Part shown: positions 1-6,654 of the stretch, piece by piece
Layout of the letters: every line of letters begins with the position of its first letter
Position numbering within the stretch: position 1 is the first letter of the stretch
Assembly: GCA_964536865.1 (NCBI GenBank)
Contig: CAZHYN010000011.1
Location: forward strand, 15,248 to 47,247
Source of the DNA: an uncultured Planctomycetia bacterium
GTDB taxonomy: Bacteria > Omnitrophota > Gorgyraeia > Duberdicusellales > 4484-171
DNA length: 32,000 nt
Direction of reading: 5' to 3'
Translations under genes and position numbers: made by a program
Notes under the pieces: generated by a model
What the model was told of the DNA's origin: nothing
Database searches by the model: none
Seen by the model: the letters and a program-made list of their open reading frames with translations, nothing else

Positions 1-2
1 AT

Positions 3-569
3 GGAGATATAAATTTACAGCCTGAAGAAAGCAGAAGTTTTGATATCGGCTATGAACAGAATTTTCTGGATAATAAGTTATCTTTAAATTTAGTTTATTT
101 TCATAATAAAATCAAAAATCTAATTCAATTTGATATGTCTACCTGGAAGTATAAAAATATTGGAAAGGCAAAGACCAAAGGAGTAGAGACAGGATTTAGT
201 TTTAGCCCTTCTGAAGACTTAAAGGTCGGCATTAACTATACTTACTTAGATTGTAAGAATGAAATTACAGGGAAAAAATTAGCCCGTAGACCTGAAGATG
301 AAATTTCTTTAAACATAAATTACAGATTTTTAGATAGAGGGAATCTTAATATTTCCACAAGTTATGTTGGCTGCCGCTGGGATGATAGTGCAAATACAAA
401 GAAATTAAAACGATATGCTAAGGTTGACCTTACAGTTACTTATGATTTGGCAAAGAATTTTCAAATTTTTGCCAGGGCAGAGAATTTGTTTGATAAGGAT
501 TATATGCAAATCCGGGGATACAAAATGCCTAAAGCATCCTTCTATGCTGGAGTAAAGAGAACTTTTTAA
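3..569 (+). CDS. TonB-dependent outer-membrane receptor, C-terminal part (5' end lies outside the window)
   Basis: Frame 3 is open from nt 3 (GDINLQPEESRSFDIGYEQNF...), upstream of the first Met given in the track. The sequence shows an alternating beta-strand pattern (KGVETGFSFSP, VGINYTYLD, LNISTSYVG) and ends in ...FYAGVKRTF with a terminal Phe, typical of OM beta-barrels. It is followed by exbB-exbD-tonB. Confidence 0.8.
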   Translation, partial: GDINLQPEESRSFDIGYEQNFLDNKLSLNLVYFHNKIKNLIQFDMSTWKYKNIGKAKTKGVETGFSFSPSEDLKVGINYTYLDCKNEITGKKLARRPEDEISLNINYRFLDRGNLNISTSYVGCRWDDSANTKKLKRYAKVDLTVTYDLAKNFQIFARAENLFDKDYMQIRGYKMPKASFYAGVKRTF

Positions 570-705
570 ACTCAAGATAAAAAATTATATAGAGCAAGGA
601 GTCTACTTCTGTTAAAGAATCTATAAGGTTTTATTTAATAACAACTTTGTCCGAGTGTGTAAAGTTTATGCCACATATTCTGGTTTCTCAACAAGAAAGG
701 AGTAA

Positions 706-1329
706 TTGATGTTTGAATTCTTCTTAAAAGGTGGCTTTTTAATTTGGCCAATTCTTTTATGCTCAGTGATAGCTTTTGCTATTGTTTTAGAGAGACTGTG
801 GTATTTTCACCGGATAAACACCAATGTAGGTAATCTAACTGCTCAGGTAAAGAAATTATTGCTGGAAAGCAAATTAGAGGAAGCAGAAAAGTTATGTAAA
901 GAATCAAGAAGTCCTGTAGCACATATTTTAGGAGTAGGTATTCATATCCATAAAAGAGCTTATCCTGAGAAAGAAAAGATAGTCTCAAGAGCTGGTTCAA
1001 AAGAGTTAAGAAAATTGGAGAAAAATTTAAGGGGTTTAGGAATTATTGCTCATATATCACCTCTTTTAGGTCTTTTAGGCACAGTTACAGGGATGATTAA
1101 ATGCTTTATGAAGATACAGGAGTTAGGAGGAAGGGTAGATGCACAAGTTTTAGCAGGAGGAATCTGGGAAGCTTTAATTACTACAGCAGCAGGATTATCT
1201 GTAGCAATTCCAGCAATAATTTTTTACCACTATTTTGAAGGAAAGATAGACAATTTTTCTCATCAGATGAAGGATGCAGCAGAGGAAATTTTAGAGCACC
1301 TGAGCACCAGCACACCAGAGCGCCAGTAG
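706..1329 (+). CDS. exbB: ExbB (MotA/TolQ/ExbB proton-channel family)
   Basis: Three TM segments and family motifs LGLLGTVTGMI and AGGIWEALITTAAGL. The SD AAAGGAG sits about 6 nt before ATG 709 (the track start at 706 is TTG). Located between a TBDR and exbD/tonB. Confidence 0.88.
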   Translation: MMFEFFLKGGFLIWPILLCSVIAFAIVLERLWYFHRINTNVGNLTAQVKKLLLESKLEEAEKLCKESRSPVAHILGVGIHIHKRAYPEKEKIVSRAGSKELRKLEKNLRGLGIIAHISPLLGLLGTVTGMIKCFMKIQELGGRVDAQVLAGGIWEALITTAAGLSVAIPAIIFYHYFEGKIDNFSHQMKDAAEEILEHLSTSTPERQ

Positions 1330-1333
1330 GAAA
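1294..1333 (+). repeat. Period-8 tandem array GAGCACCT GAGCACCA GCACACCA GAGCGCCA GTAGGAAA spanning the exbB stop codon and ending in the exbD SD
   Basis: Read directly from the sequence. The exbB stop TAG is at 1327-1329 and the exbD ATG is at 1336. Confidence 0.7.
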
Positions 1334-1335
1334 GT

Positions 1336-1761
1336 ATGGAATTTGAAAGGGGAAAGAGAATAAGAATACATTTAGATATTGCTCCTTTAATAGATATAGT
1401 CTTATTACTTCTGGTCTTTTTTATGCTCACATCAAACTTTATTATGCAACCAGGAATAAAGATAACTTTACCTAAAGCAAAAATCTCCAAACCCCAGGAA
1501 GAAGAAAATATTATTGTATTTATAACCAAAGACAACAAAATATACCTTAACGATAGAGAAATAAGTATTGATGAGTTAAAGGATGCTTTGGAGGAGAAAC
1601 TAAAAACAGCTCAAAAAAAGATCGTGGTTCTAAAAGCCGATGAGAAGATTAACCTTGGTCTGGCGGTAAGAGTGATGGATATTGCAAAAGAAGCAAAAGC
1701 AGAAAACTTGATAATTTCAACCGAAATGGAGTACCAGCACAATAGAGCACCAGAGCACTAG
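1336..1761 (+). CDS. exbD: ExbD/TolR biopolymer transport protein
   Basis: N-terminal anchor IDIAPLIDIVLLLLVFFML followed by a periplasmic domain (KIYLNDREISIDEL, VVLKADEKINLGLAVRVMD). Lies 6 nt after exbB. Confidence 0.88.
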   Translation: MEFERGKRIRIHLDIAPLIDIVLLLLVFFMLTSNFIMQPGIKITLPKAKISKPQEEENIIVFITKDNKIYLNDREISIDELKDALEEKLKTAQKKIVVLKADEKINLGLAVRVMDIAKEAKAENLIISTEMEYQHNRAPEH

Positions 1762-1784
1762 AGCACCAGCGCACCAGTAGGAGA
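1729..1784 (+). repeat. Second period-8 array GAGTACCA GCACAATA GAGCACCA GAGCACTA GAGCACCA GCGCACCA GTAGGAGA spanning the exbD stop codon
   Basis: Read directly from the sequence. The exbD stop TAG is at 1759-1761. The last unit, GTAGGAGA, parallels GTAGGAAA at the end of the first array. Confidence 0.7.
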
Positions 1785-1802
1785 ATAACTGGTAACTGGT
1801 GC
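1771..1802 (+). promoter_or_regulatory. Putative RNA hairpin GCACCAGT (1771-1778) / ACTGGTGC (1795-1802) enclosing AGGAGA, just upstream of the tonB ATG
   Basis: Perfect 8-bp complementarity. A second ACTGGT at 1788-1793 offers an alternative pairing register. The tonB ATG (1806) has only a weak GGTG nearby, while AGGAGA lies 22 nt upstream inside the loop. Confidence 0.35.
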
Positions 1803-1805
1803 ACT

Positions 1806-2504
1806 ATGAAGCAACCTGTGTCAGAAGACAGAGTAATAAAAATTACCTTCATAATTTCACTTACAGCCCATTGTCTGTTTTTAGGAGCGCCTGGATTTAA
1901 TTCAAACAGGCGTCAACCTGAGAATTCCGAGAAAATATCTGTTCAGATTGAAATAGAAAAGCCACCTCTTTTGCCTAAAATAGATGTAATGGGAGAGGAG
2001 AAAAAGCTTCCGCCCGAGGCGGATCCGCCCTCCGTGGAGAAAAAGATAGTGAAGGAAGAAAAGCTACTCGAGCCAAAATCTCAACCCGAAGAAGAAAAAA
2101 TTGTGAAAGAGCCAGAGCCACAACCCAAAAAGCAGATAAAAGATATAAAAGTAGAACAACCCCAGCCAGAACCAGCTCAAGAAATTGTAGAGGTTATAAA
2201 CCCTCAAAAAGAGGCAATGCTCAGGTATCAGGATATGATTAAACAGAAGATTGAATCTCATCGTAAATACCCTCCTTGGGCAAAGAAACATGGAATTGAG
2301 GGAACAGTCCATCTTAAATTTACAATTTTATCTACAGGTTTTGCCAGAGATATTAAAATTATAAAGTCATCAAGTTTTAATATCTTAAATAAAGAAGCAA
2401 TCTCTACAGTAAAAAGAGCTCAACCTTTTCCACCTATTCCTCCTGACATAAATACCTCTTCTCTTTCAATGGAGGTTTCTATCGTCTTTACATTGCAATA
2501 TTGA
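1806..2504 (+). CDS. tonB: TonB energy transducer
   Basis: N-terminal TM anchor, a Pro/Glu/Lys-rich spacer (EPKSQPEEEK, EPEPQPKK, QPQPEP), and a C-terminal TonB_C pattern YPPWAKKHGIEGTVHLKFTI...SSSFNILNKEAISTVKRAQPFPPIP. Confidence 0.88.
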   Translation: MKQPVSEDRVIKITFIISLTAHCLFLGAPGFNSNRRQPENSEKISVQIEIEKPPLLPKIDVMGEEKKLPPEADPPSVEKKIVKEEKLLEPKSQPEEEKIVKEPEPQPKKQIKDIKVEQPQPEPAQEIVEVINPQKEAMLRYQDMIKQKIESHRKYPPWAKKHGIEGTVHLKFTILSTGFARDIKIIKSSSFNILNKEAISTVKRAQPFPPIPPDINTSSLSMEVSIVFTLQY

Positions 2505-2517
2505 AAAGAAAAAAGCA

Positions 2518-2652
2518 GGTGGCCTTAAAGTAAATGAGCATTTAACTTTGAGCCCTGATTTGCAGGTTATCTTGAACCCGTATGATGAAGATGCGATAAA
2601 TGGAGATAAAATCATTGCTATTGTTGGCTTAAGGGCACAGGTTGATTTTTAA
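2518..2652 (+). pseudogene. Relic of the C-terminal end of an OprB-like/carbohydrate-type porin (no start codon, about 44 codons)
   Basis: The frame reads GGLKVNEHLTLSPDLQVILNPYDEDAINGDKIIAIVGLRAQVDF*. The P-D-L-Q-x-I-x-N-P motif and the GLR..V.F terminal Phe resemble the last strands of OprB-family porins. There is no ATG or upstream body; the frame runs back into tonB. Confidence 0.4.
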
Positions 2653-2799
2653 AGATTATTTTGCGGTTTTTCATCACTAAAATTTTGCTTCTCTGTATTA
2701 TCAAAACGAGCAATTCATATCTTTGTTTTAAAAACAATGAGAATTTTCATATATCACCAATAAATGAATATGCAGCGAACTTTTATTTTCTCAAAAAGG

Positions 2800-2828
2800 T
2801 TGACAAGAGAATAGTGATTTGGTATTCT
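2800..2828 (+). promoter_or_regulatory. Sigma70-like promoter of the fur-family gene: TTGACA, 17-nt spacer, TATTCT
   Basis: TTGACA at 2800-2805, a 17-nt spacer, and TATTCT at 2823-2828. Lies 39 nt upstream of ATG 2867. Confidence 0.5.
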
Positions 2829-2849
2829 AAATGAAACAGATTTCTATTT
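2829..2849 (+). promoter_or_regulatory. Putative Fur-family operator (dyad AAATGAAACAGATTTCTATTT)
   Basis: Starts right after the -10 element and ends 18 nt before the fur ATG. It matches the dyad at 3307-3327 at 16 of 21 positions by my count. Confidence 0.45.
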
Positions 2850-2866
2850 AGATTTAAGGTGTTATT

Positions 2867-3283
2867 ATGAAAGATATGAAAGAATCATACTTAAATAAAT
2901 TAAGAAAGAATAAGCTTAAACTGACTCCTAAACGAAGAGCGATTATAGATTTCTTTCTATATAAGGACCGATATTTAACTCCTCAAGATCTCTGGAGAGG
3001 ATTAAGGAAAGAGTTTGTCCACCTTGGTTTGCCCAGTATTTACAGAAATTTGGAAGCATTTTCTAAATGCGGAATATTGACAAAAATTCAAAGGCCTGAT
3101 AGAAGGCTCTATTATGGACTATGTAAATCTGAGAATAAGCATCACCACCATATAATTTGTATCAGATGTGGTAAGGTTAGAGAATTTTCTGATTGTGATT
3201 TATTCAAGAAGAAAACTATTAAAGGGTTTAAGGTAATAAGCCATTCTTTGCAGATAGAGGGTATATGCTCTAATTGTAGATAA
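2867..3283 (+). CDS. Fur-family metalloregulator (Fur/Zur/PerR subtype not resolvable)
   Basis: Winged-helix N-terminus (LKLTPKRRAIIDFF, YRNLEAFSKCGIL), metal-site block HHHHIICIRCGKVREF, and a second CxxC (CSNC) at the C-terminus. Confidence 0.85.
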   Translation: MKDMKESYLNKLRKNKLKLTPKRRAIIDFFLYKDRYLTPQDLWRGLRKEFVHLGLPSIYRNLEAFSKCGILTKIQRPDRRLYYGLCKSENKHHHHIICIRCGKVREFSDCDLFKKKTIKGFKVISHSLQIEGICSNCR

Positions 3284-3306
3284 GCAGCTAATTTTTTTTA
3301 TTTATT

Positions 3307-3327
3307 AAATGGAAATGATTTTCATTT
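3307..3327 (+). promoter_or_regulatory. Fur-box-like dyad AAATGGAAATGATTTTCATTT
   Basis: Near-palindrome. Its core AATGATTTTCATT compares with the classical AATGATAATCATT. Ends 18 nt before ATG 3345, the same spacing as the site upstream of fur. Confidence 0.5.
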
Positions 3328-3344
3328 AAGGTGAGGAGGTAAAA

Positions 3345-3935
3345 ATGTTTAAGCAAATATTGAAAGAATTAAGAAGGCACGCTCCCTTTACCAGTTTAGG
3401 AGCCTTTACTGGTATTATTATCATGATAATCTCCTATAAGCTCCCTGCCAGGACTTCTTATAATATCTTTTATATACTTCATCCTCTCCATGTTCTTTTA
3501 AGCGCATTAGTCACTGCTTCTATGTATAAACTTTATAAAGATAAGGCTAAATTCTGGAATCTAATCTTAATTGGTTATGGGGGTTCGGTTGGTATAGCTA
3601 CATTGAGCGATTGTGTAATTCCTTATTTGGGTGAGATATTATTAAATCTGCCTAATAGAGGTATTCATTTGGGATTTATTGAAAAATGGTGGTTAGTAAA
3701 TCCTTTGGCATTTATAGGTATTGCTGTAGCTTATTTTAAGCCAACAACCAAATTTCCTCATTCCGGTCATGTTCTCTTAAGCACCTGGGCATCCCTATTT
3801 CATATTATTATGGCAATAGGGCAGACTCTGAACTGGTTTTCTTATATAGTTGTCTTTTTATTTTTGTTTCTTGCGGTGTGGTTTCCTTGTTGTTTAAGCG
3901 ATATCATATTTCCCTTATTGTTTGTGAGAAAATGA
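3345..3935 (+). CDS. Uncharacterised polytopic membrane protein with His motifs (candidate metal transporter; family not recognised)
   Basis: About 6 hydrophobic helices and His clusters HPLH, FPHSGH and LFH. Strong SD GAGGAGG 5 nt before the ATG, with the Fur-box-like dyad immediately upstream. Confidence 0.7.
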   Translation: MFKQILKELRRHAPFTSLGAFTGIIIMIISYKLPARTSYNIFYILHPLHVLLSALVTASMYKLYKDKAKFWNLILIGYGGSVGIATLSDCVIPYLGEILLNLPNRGIHLGFIEKWWLVNPLAFIGIAVAYFKPTTKFPHSGHVLLSTWASLFHIIMAIGQTLNWFSYIVVFLFLFLAVWFPCCLSDIIFPLLFVRK

Positions 3936-4039
3936 AAAGCATTATTAGAATAGGACGAATTCTAAGTATTACCATATTTATAAGTGGTGTGGCTTTTTAT
4001 CTTTTGTTTGCCATCATCCACCTCTCGGGTGAATATTAG
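3932..4039 (+). CDS. Possible 35-aa single-TM mini-protein (MKSIIRIGRILSITIFISGVAFYLLFAIIHLSGEY), ATGA-coupled to the preceding gene
   Basis: The ATG at 3932-3934 overlaps the stop TGA at 3933-3935. The protein has a hydrophobic core with a basic N-terminus. It falls below the length cut-off of the ORF track. Confidence 0.3.
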   Translation: MKSIIRIGRILSITIFISGVAFYLLFAIIHLSGEY

Positions 4040-4143
4040 GCTTTTTTGCAAAATAGCCTTATTCTCTGGAGAGCAAAAGCCTTTTAAAATTAAGAGTGTT
4101 TTTCCTCACCAAATTTACCTTACACTTCTCTCTTTTATCCCAA

Positions 4144-4226
4144 AAATTTACCCCCAACCACAGAAAGCCATCCCTCTTTTAAGGAAAGGGCGGGGTAAGC
4201 CCGTGGTTCGGGGTTTACTTAAATTT
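4144..4226. repeat. Inverted repeat of a G/C-run motif (AAATTTACCCCCAACCAC ... GTGGTTCGGGGTTTACTTAAATTT) inside a roughly 300-nt non-coding gap
   Basis: Arms at 4144-4161 and 4203-4226 are complementary (CCCC-AACCAC with GTGGTT-GGGG, plus AAATTT ends) around a 41-nt spacer that can itself fold (CCCTCTTT/AAAGGG). A third copy lies at 12803-12823. Confidence 0.45.
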
Positions 4227-4281
4227 ATTTTGCAATAACATTTAACACTTTATTGTTGTAGCAGCAAAGGAAGGAAAAGTA

Positions 4282-4309
4282 TTGACGCATTCTTTTATTA
4301 TGATATAAG
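4282..4309 (+). promoter_or_regulatory. Candidate promoter of arsR-def: TTGACG, 16-nt spacer, TATAAG
   Basis: TTGACG at 4282-4287 and TATAAG at 4304-4309. An imperfect AT-rich inverted repeat (TTATTATGATAT ... ATATACATATAATAA) overlaps the -10 region and could be the ArsR operator. Confidence 0.35.
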
Positions 4310-4336
4310 AATATATACATATAATAAGGAAGGAGG

Positions 4337-4627
4337 ATGTCTATGATAGATTATAGAAAGATAGCTGATTTTTTTGATGCCCTTTCTCATCCTATTCGGC
4401 TAAGAATAGTAGTGGAGTTACTGAGAGGTAGAAGGTGTGTGGGAGATATAAGAGAGTTAGTAGAGACTAAACAACCAAATGCCTCTCGTCACCTCTTACT
4501 TTTGAAGTTTAACGGTATTGTAGACTGGAGACAGGAGGGACGGATGAAGTGTTACTTTTTAAGGAGTCCTCAATTAATAAAAGATATTTTAAAAGTATTG
4601 GAGAAAAACAAACTAAGTAAGCTTTAG
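4337..4627 (+). CDS. ArsR/SmtB-family transcriptional regulator
   Basis: HTH pattern FDALSHPIRLRIVVELLRGRRCVGDIRELVETKQPNASRHLLLLKFNGIV...GRMKCYFL. The SD GGAGG abuts ATG 4337, so ATG 4343 may be the true start. Confidence 0.85.
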   Translation: MSMIDYRKIADFFDALSHPIRLRIVVELLRGRRCVGDIRELVETKQPNASRHLLLLKFNGIVDWRQEGRMKCYFLRSPQLIKDILKVLEKNKLSKL

Positions 4628-4659
4628 ATAGAAAATACTCGGTATAACTTTAACTCAAA

Positions 4660-5154
4660 ATGAAAAAAAACAGAGAGCAGTTCTTAGAGATTAGGAAGTA
4701 TCCAGACAAGATTTTAAGAGAGAAATGTCAACCTGTGGAGGAGATTACATCGAGAGAGAAAGATATATTTACAAATATGCTTTTTACTATGAAATATTTT
4801 AGAGGAATAGGCTTAGCTGCTCCTCAGGTAGGGATTCTTAGAAATTTAATTGTAATAGATATTGGAGAGGGAATTATAAAATTAGCAAATCCCAAAGTTA
4901 TTAAGAGAAAGGGCGAAGAGGAGGAGATGGAGGGTTGCTTAAGTATTCCTGGCACAGGGGTTAGTGTAAAGAGATCTTATGAGATTGTGGTAGAGGCTTT
5001 AAATCAAGAAGGTAAGCTTATAGAGGTAAAGGCAAAGGGTCTTCTAGCAAGAGTATTACAACATGAGATAGATCATTTAGAAGGGAAGTTAATTATAGAT
5101 TATTTACCATTTTTAGAGAAGATAAAATTTAGATTAAAGAGAAGGAATAGATGA
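4660..5154 (+). CDS. def: Peptide deformylase
   Basis: All three signature motifs are present: GIGLAAPQVG, EGCLSIPG and HEIDHLEG. Confidence 0.95.
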   Translation: MKKNREQFLEIRKYPDKILREKCQPVEEITSREKDIFTNMLFTMKYFRGIGLAAPQVGILRNLIVIDIGEGIIKLANPKVIKRKGEEEEMEGCLSIPGTGVSVKRSYEIVVEALNQEGKLIEVKAKGLLARVLQHEIDHLEGKLIIDYLPFLEKIKFRLKRRNR

Positions 5155-5184
5155 CTCCTAATAAAAATAACAAAGGAGTAAAAG

Positions 5185-6240
5185 ATGTTAGTGGATGGAA
5201 GGACAAGAGATTTATTGAGAGAAAAGTTTGATCAAGAATTGGAAGAGAAAGTAGATATTAAAGTTTTTACTCGTTCAATTATCATTGATAGTGAAAGCTT
5301 AGAGAGTGCTAGATTAGCTGAAAGTTTAGTAAGAGAACTTTCTCAAATTAGTAGTAAGATAATACCAGAATTTATGAGTTTAGAAGACAATTTAGCTAAA
5401 GAGCTAAATCTATCAGTTTCTCCTACAATTCTAATAGGAAGGGATAAAGATTATAATATTCAATTTTGGGGAAATTCTTTCATTTGGATACCTCAGGTAT
5501 TTATTGAAACAATATCTTTGGTATCTCAAGGAAAGAGCAAGTTAGAGTCGAAGTTAGTTAGTAAGTTAAGGAATATAGATAGGGAACTTCTTGTGGATAT
5601 ATATTTTAATCGTCAATTACTCATTTCTAATTCATTAGGACTATTAGCCATTAGGATAGCAGTGGAATTTCCTAAAATGATTAAAGTACGGTTTAGAGGG
5701 GAACAAAAAACTGAAGATAGAATAGGGAAGCTAGCTTTATTAAAATTACCAGCTATCTTGATAAACGGTGAAAGAGACTCCTTACTTACACCTCCTATCT
5801 CGGAGACTGAGTTTATAAAGAGGCTTATTTTATATGGAGCTCCCCATAGGAAGGAGCTTATTGTTGAATTAGAGGAAGAGGAGAAGAAGAAGTTTGAATT
5901 GGTAGATAATCCAGACTCTCCTATTTTACTTTCTCATAAGAATTTTGATGAGGCAGTAAGAAGGTATGTTATTCTTGTAGTAGACTTCTGGGCACAGTGG
6001 TGTGCTCCCTGTTTGATGTTGGCTCCCATAATAGAGAGATTGGCGAAAAAGTATAAAGGGAAGATAGTTTTTGGAAAGTTAAATATAGAAGAGAACCAAG
6101 AGATAGCTTCTCGTTTTGGGATAATGTCTATTCCTACCTTAATTATCTTTAAAAAAGGTAATATTATGGATACTCTTATTGGAGTAATGCCGGAGTCTAC
6201 ATTGGAGGAAAAATTCAATATGTATTTAGAGAAAAGATAA
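5185..6240 (+). CDS. Fusion protein: Cys-less PDO/AhpF-N-terminal-like double thioredoxin-fold module plus a C-terminal thioredoxin (WCAPC)
   Basis: The C-terminal 110 aa form a typical Trx (VVDFWAQWCAPCLMLAPI...KLNIEENQEIASRFGIMSIPTLIIFKKG). The N-terminal 230 aa align by eye with archaeal protein-disulfide-oxidoreductase units (PTILIGRDKDYNIQFWG, LRNIDRELLVDIYF, LPAILINGER), but both CxxC positions lack Cys. Confidence 0.75.
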   Translation: MLVDGRTRDLLREKFDQELEEKVDIKVFTRSIIIDSESLESARLAESLVRELSQISSKIIPEFMSLEDNLAKELNLSVSPTILIGRDKDYNIQFWGNSFIWIPQVFIETISLVSQGKSKLESKLVSKLRNIDRELLVDIYFNRQLLISNSLGLLAIRIAVEFPKMIKVRFRGEQKTEDRIGKLALLKLPAILINGERDSLLTPPISETEFIKRLILYGAPHRKELIVELEEEEKKKFELVDNPDSPILLSHKNFDEAVRRYVILVVDFWAQWCAPCLMLAPIIERLAKKYKGKIVFGKLNIEENQEIASRFGIMSIPTLIIFKKGNIMDTLIGVMPESTLEEKFNMYLEKR

Positions 6241-6264
6241 AAACTAGATAAGAAAATTGATAAG

Positions 6265-6360
6265 ATGAGAAAGGATGAACAAATAGAAAGGATAATTCAA
6301 GGAAAGCTGGAGAGGTATTGTTTGATAGATTGTAGAGATTCCAAAGGAGGGATGGTATGA
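6265..6360 (+). CDS. Speculative 31-aa ORF (MRKDEQIERIIQGKLERYCLIDCRDSKGGMV) ending in an ATGA overlap with the DUF59 gene
   Basis: The stop TGA at 6358-6360 overlaps ATG 6357-6359. Contains a CxxxC pair. No convincing SD upstream. Confidence 0.15.
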   Translation: MRKDEQIERIIQGKLERYCLIDCRDSKGGMV

Positions 6361-6653
6361 AGATGCAGGAGAGGATTGAGAAAGCTCTAAAGAGTATAGA
6401 GCATCCTGAAATTGCATATACTCTTTGGGAATTAGGAATGCTTGAAGGGATTGTTGTTAAAGAAGATAAGGTGTTAGTTACTTTGAAACTTCCTAGAGTA
6501 GGTGTGCCCATTCGAGAACAATTGATAGAGAGTATCAAGAGTGCTGTGAAAAATGAAAATGTTCATATAGATGTTAAGATAAGTATAAAAGAAATGAGTG
6601 ATGAGGAACGTATAAGATTTATGAAGATGGCCCAAGAAGCATGGAAAGGATAA
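6357..6653 (+). CDS. DUF59/MIP18-family (Fe-S cluster assembly/carrier-like) protein
   Basis: Pattern ALKSIEHPEIAYTLWELGMLEGIVVKEDKVLVTLKLP is typical of DUF59 (SufT/PaaD-like) proteins. SD GGAGGG upstream. Confidence 0.65.
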   Translation: MKMQERIEKALKSIEHPEIAYTLWELGMLEGIVVKEDKVLVTLKLPRVGVPIREQLIESIKSAVKNENVHIDVKISIKEMSDEERIRFMKMAQEAWKG

Positions 6654-6654
6654 A

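Noticed and set aside
3984-4238. 84-aa plus-strand ORF (MVWLFIFCLPSSTSRV...) in the gap after the membrane-protein gene.
   Set aside because: It has a GTG start without an SD and overlaps the better-supported ATGA-coupled mini-ORF in another frame. Its composition is not protein-like, and it is built across the G/C-run inverted repeat. It is more likely non-coding structured DNA or RNA.
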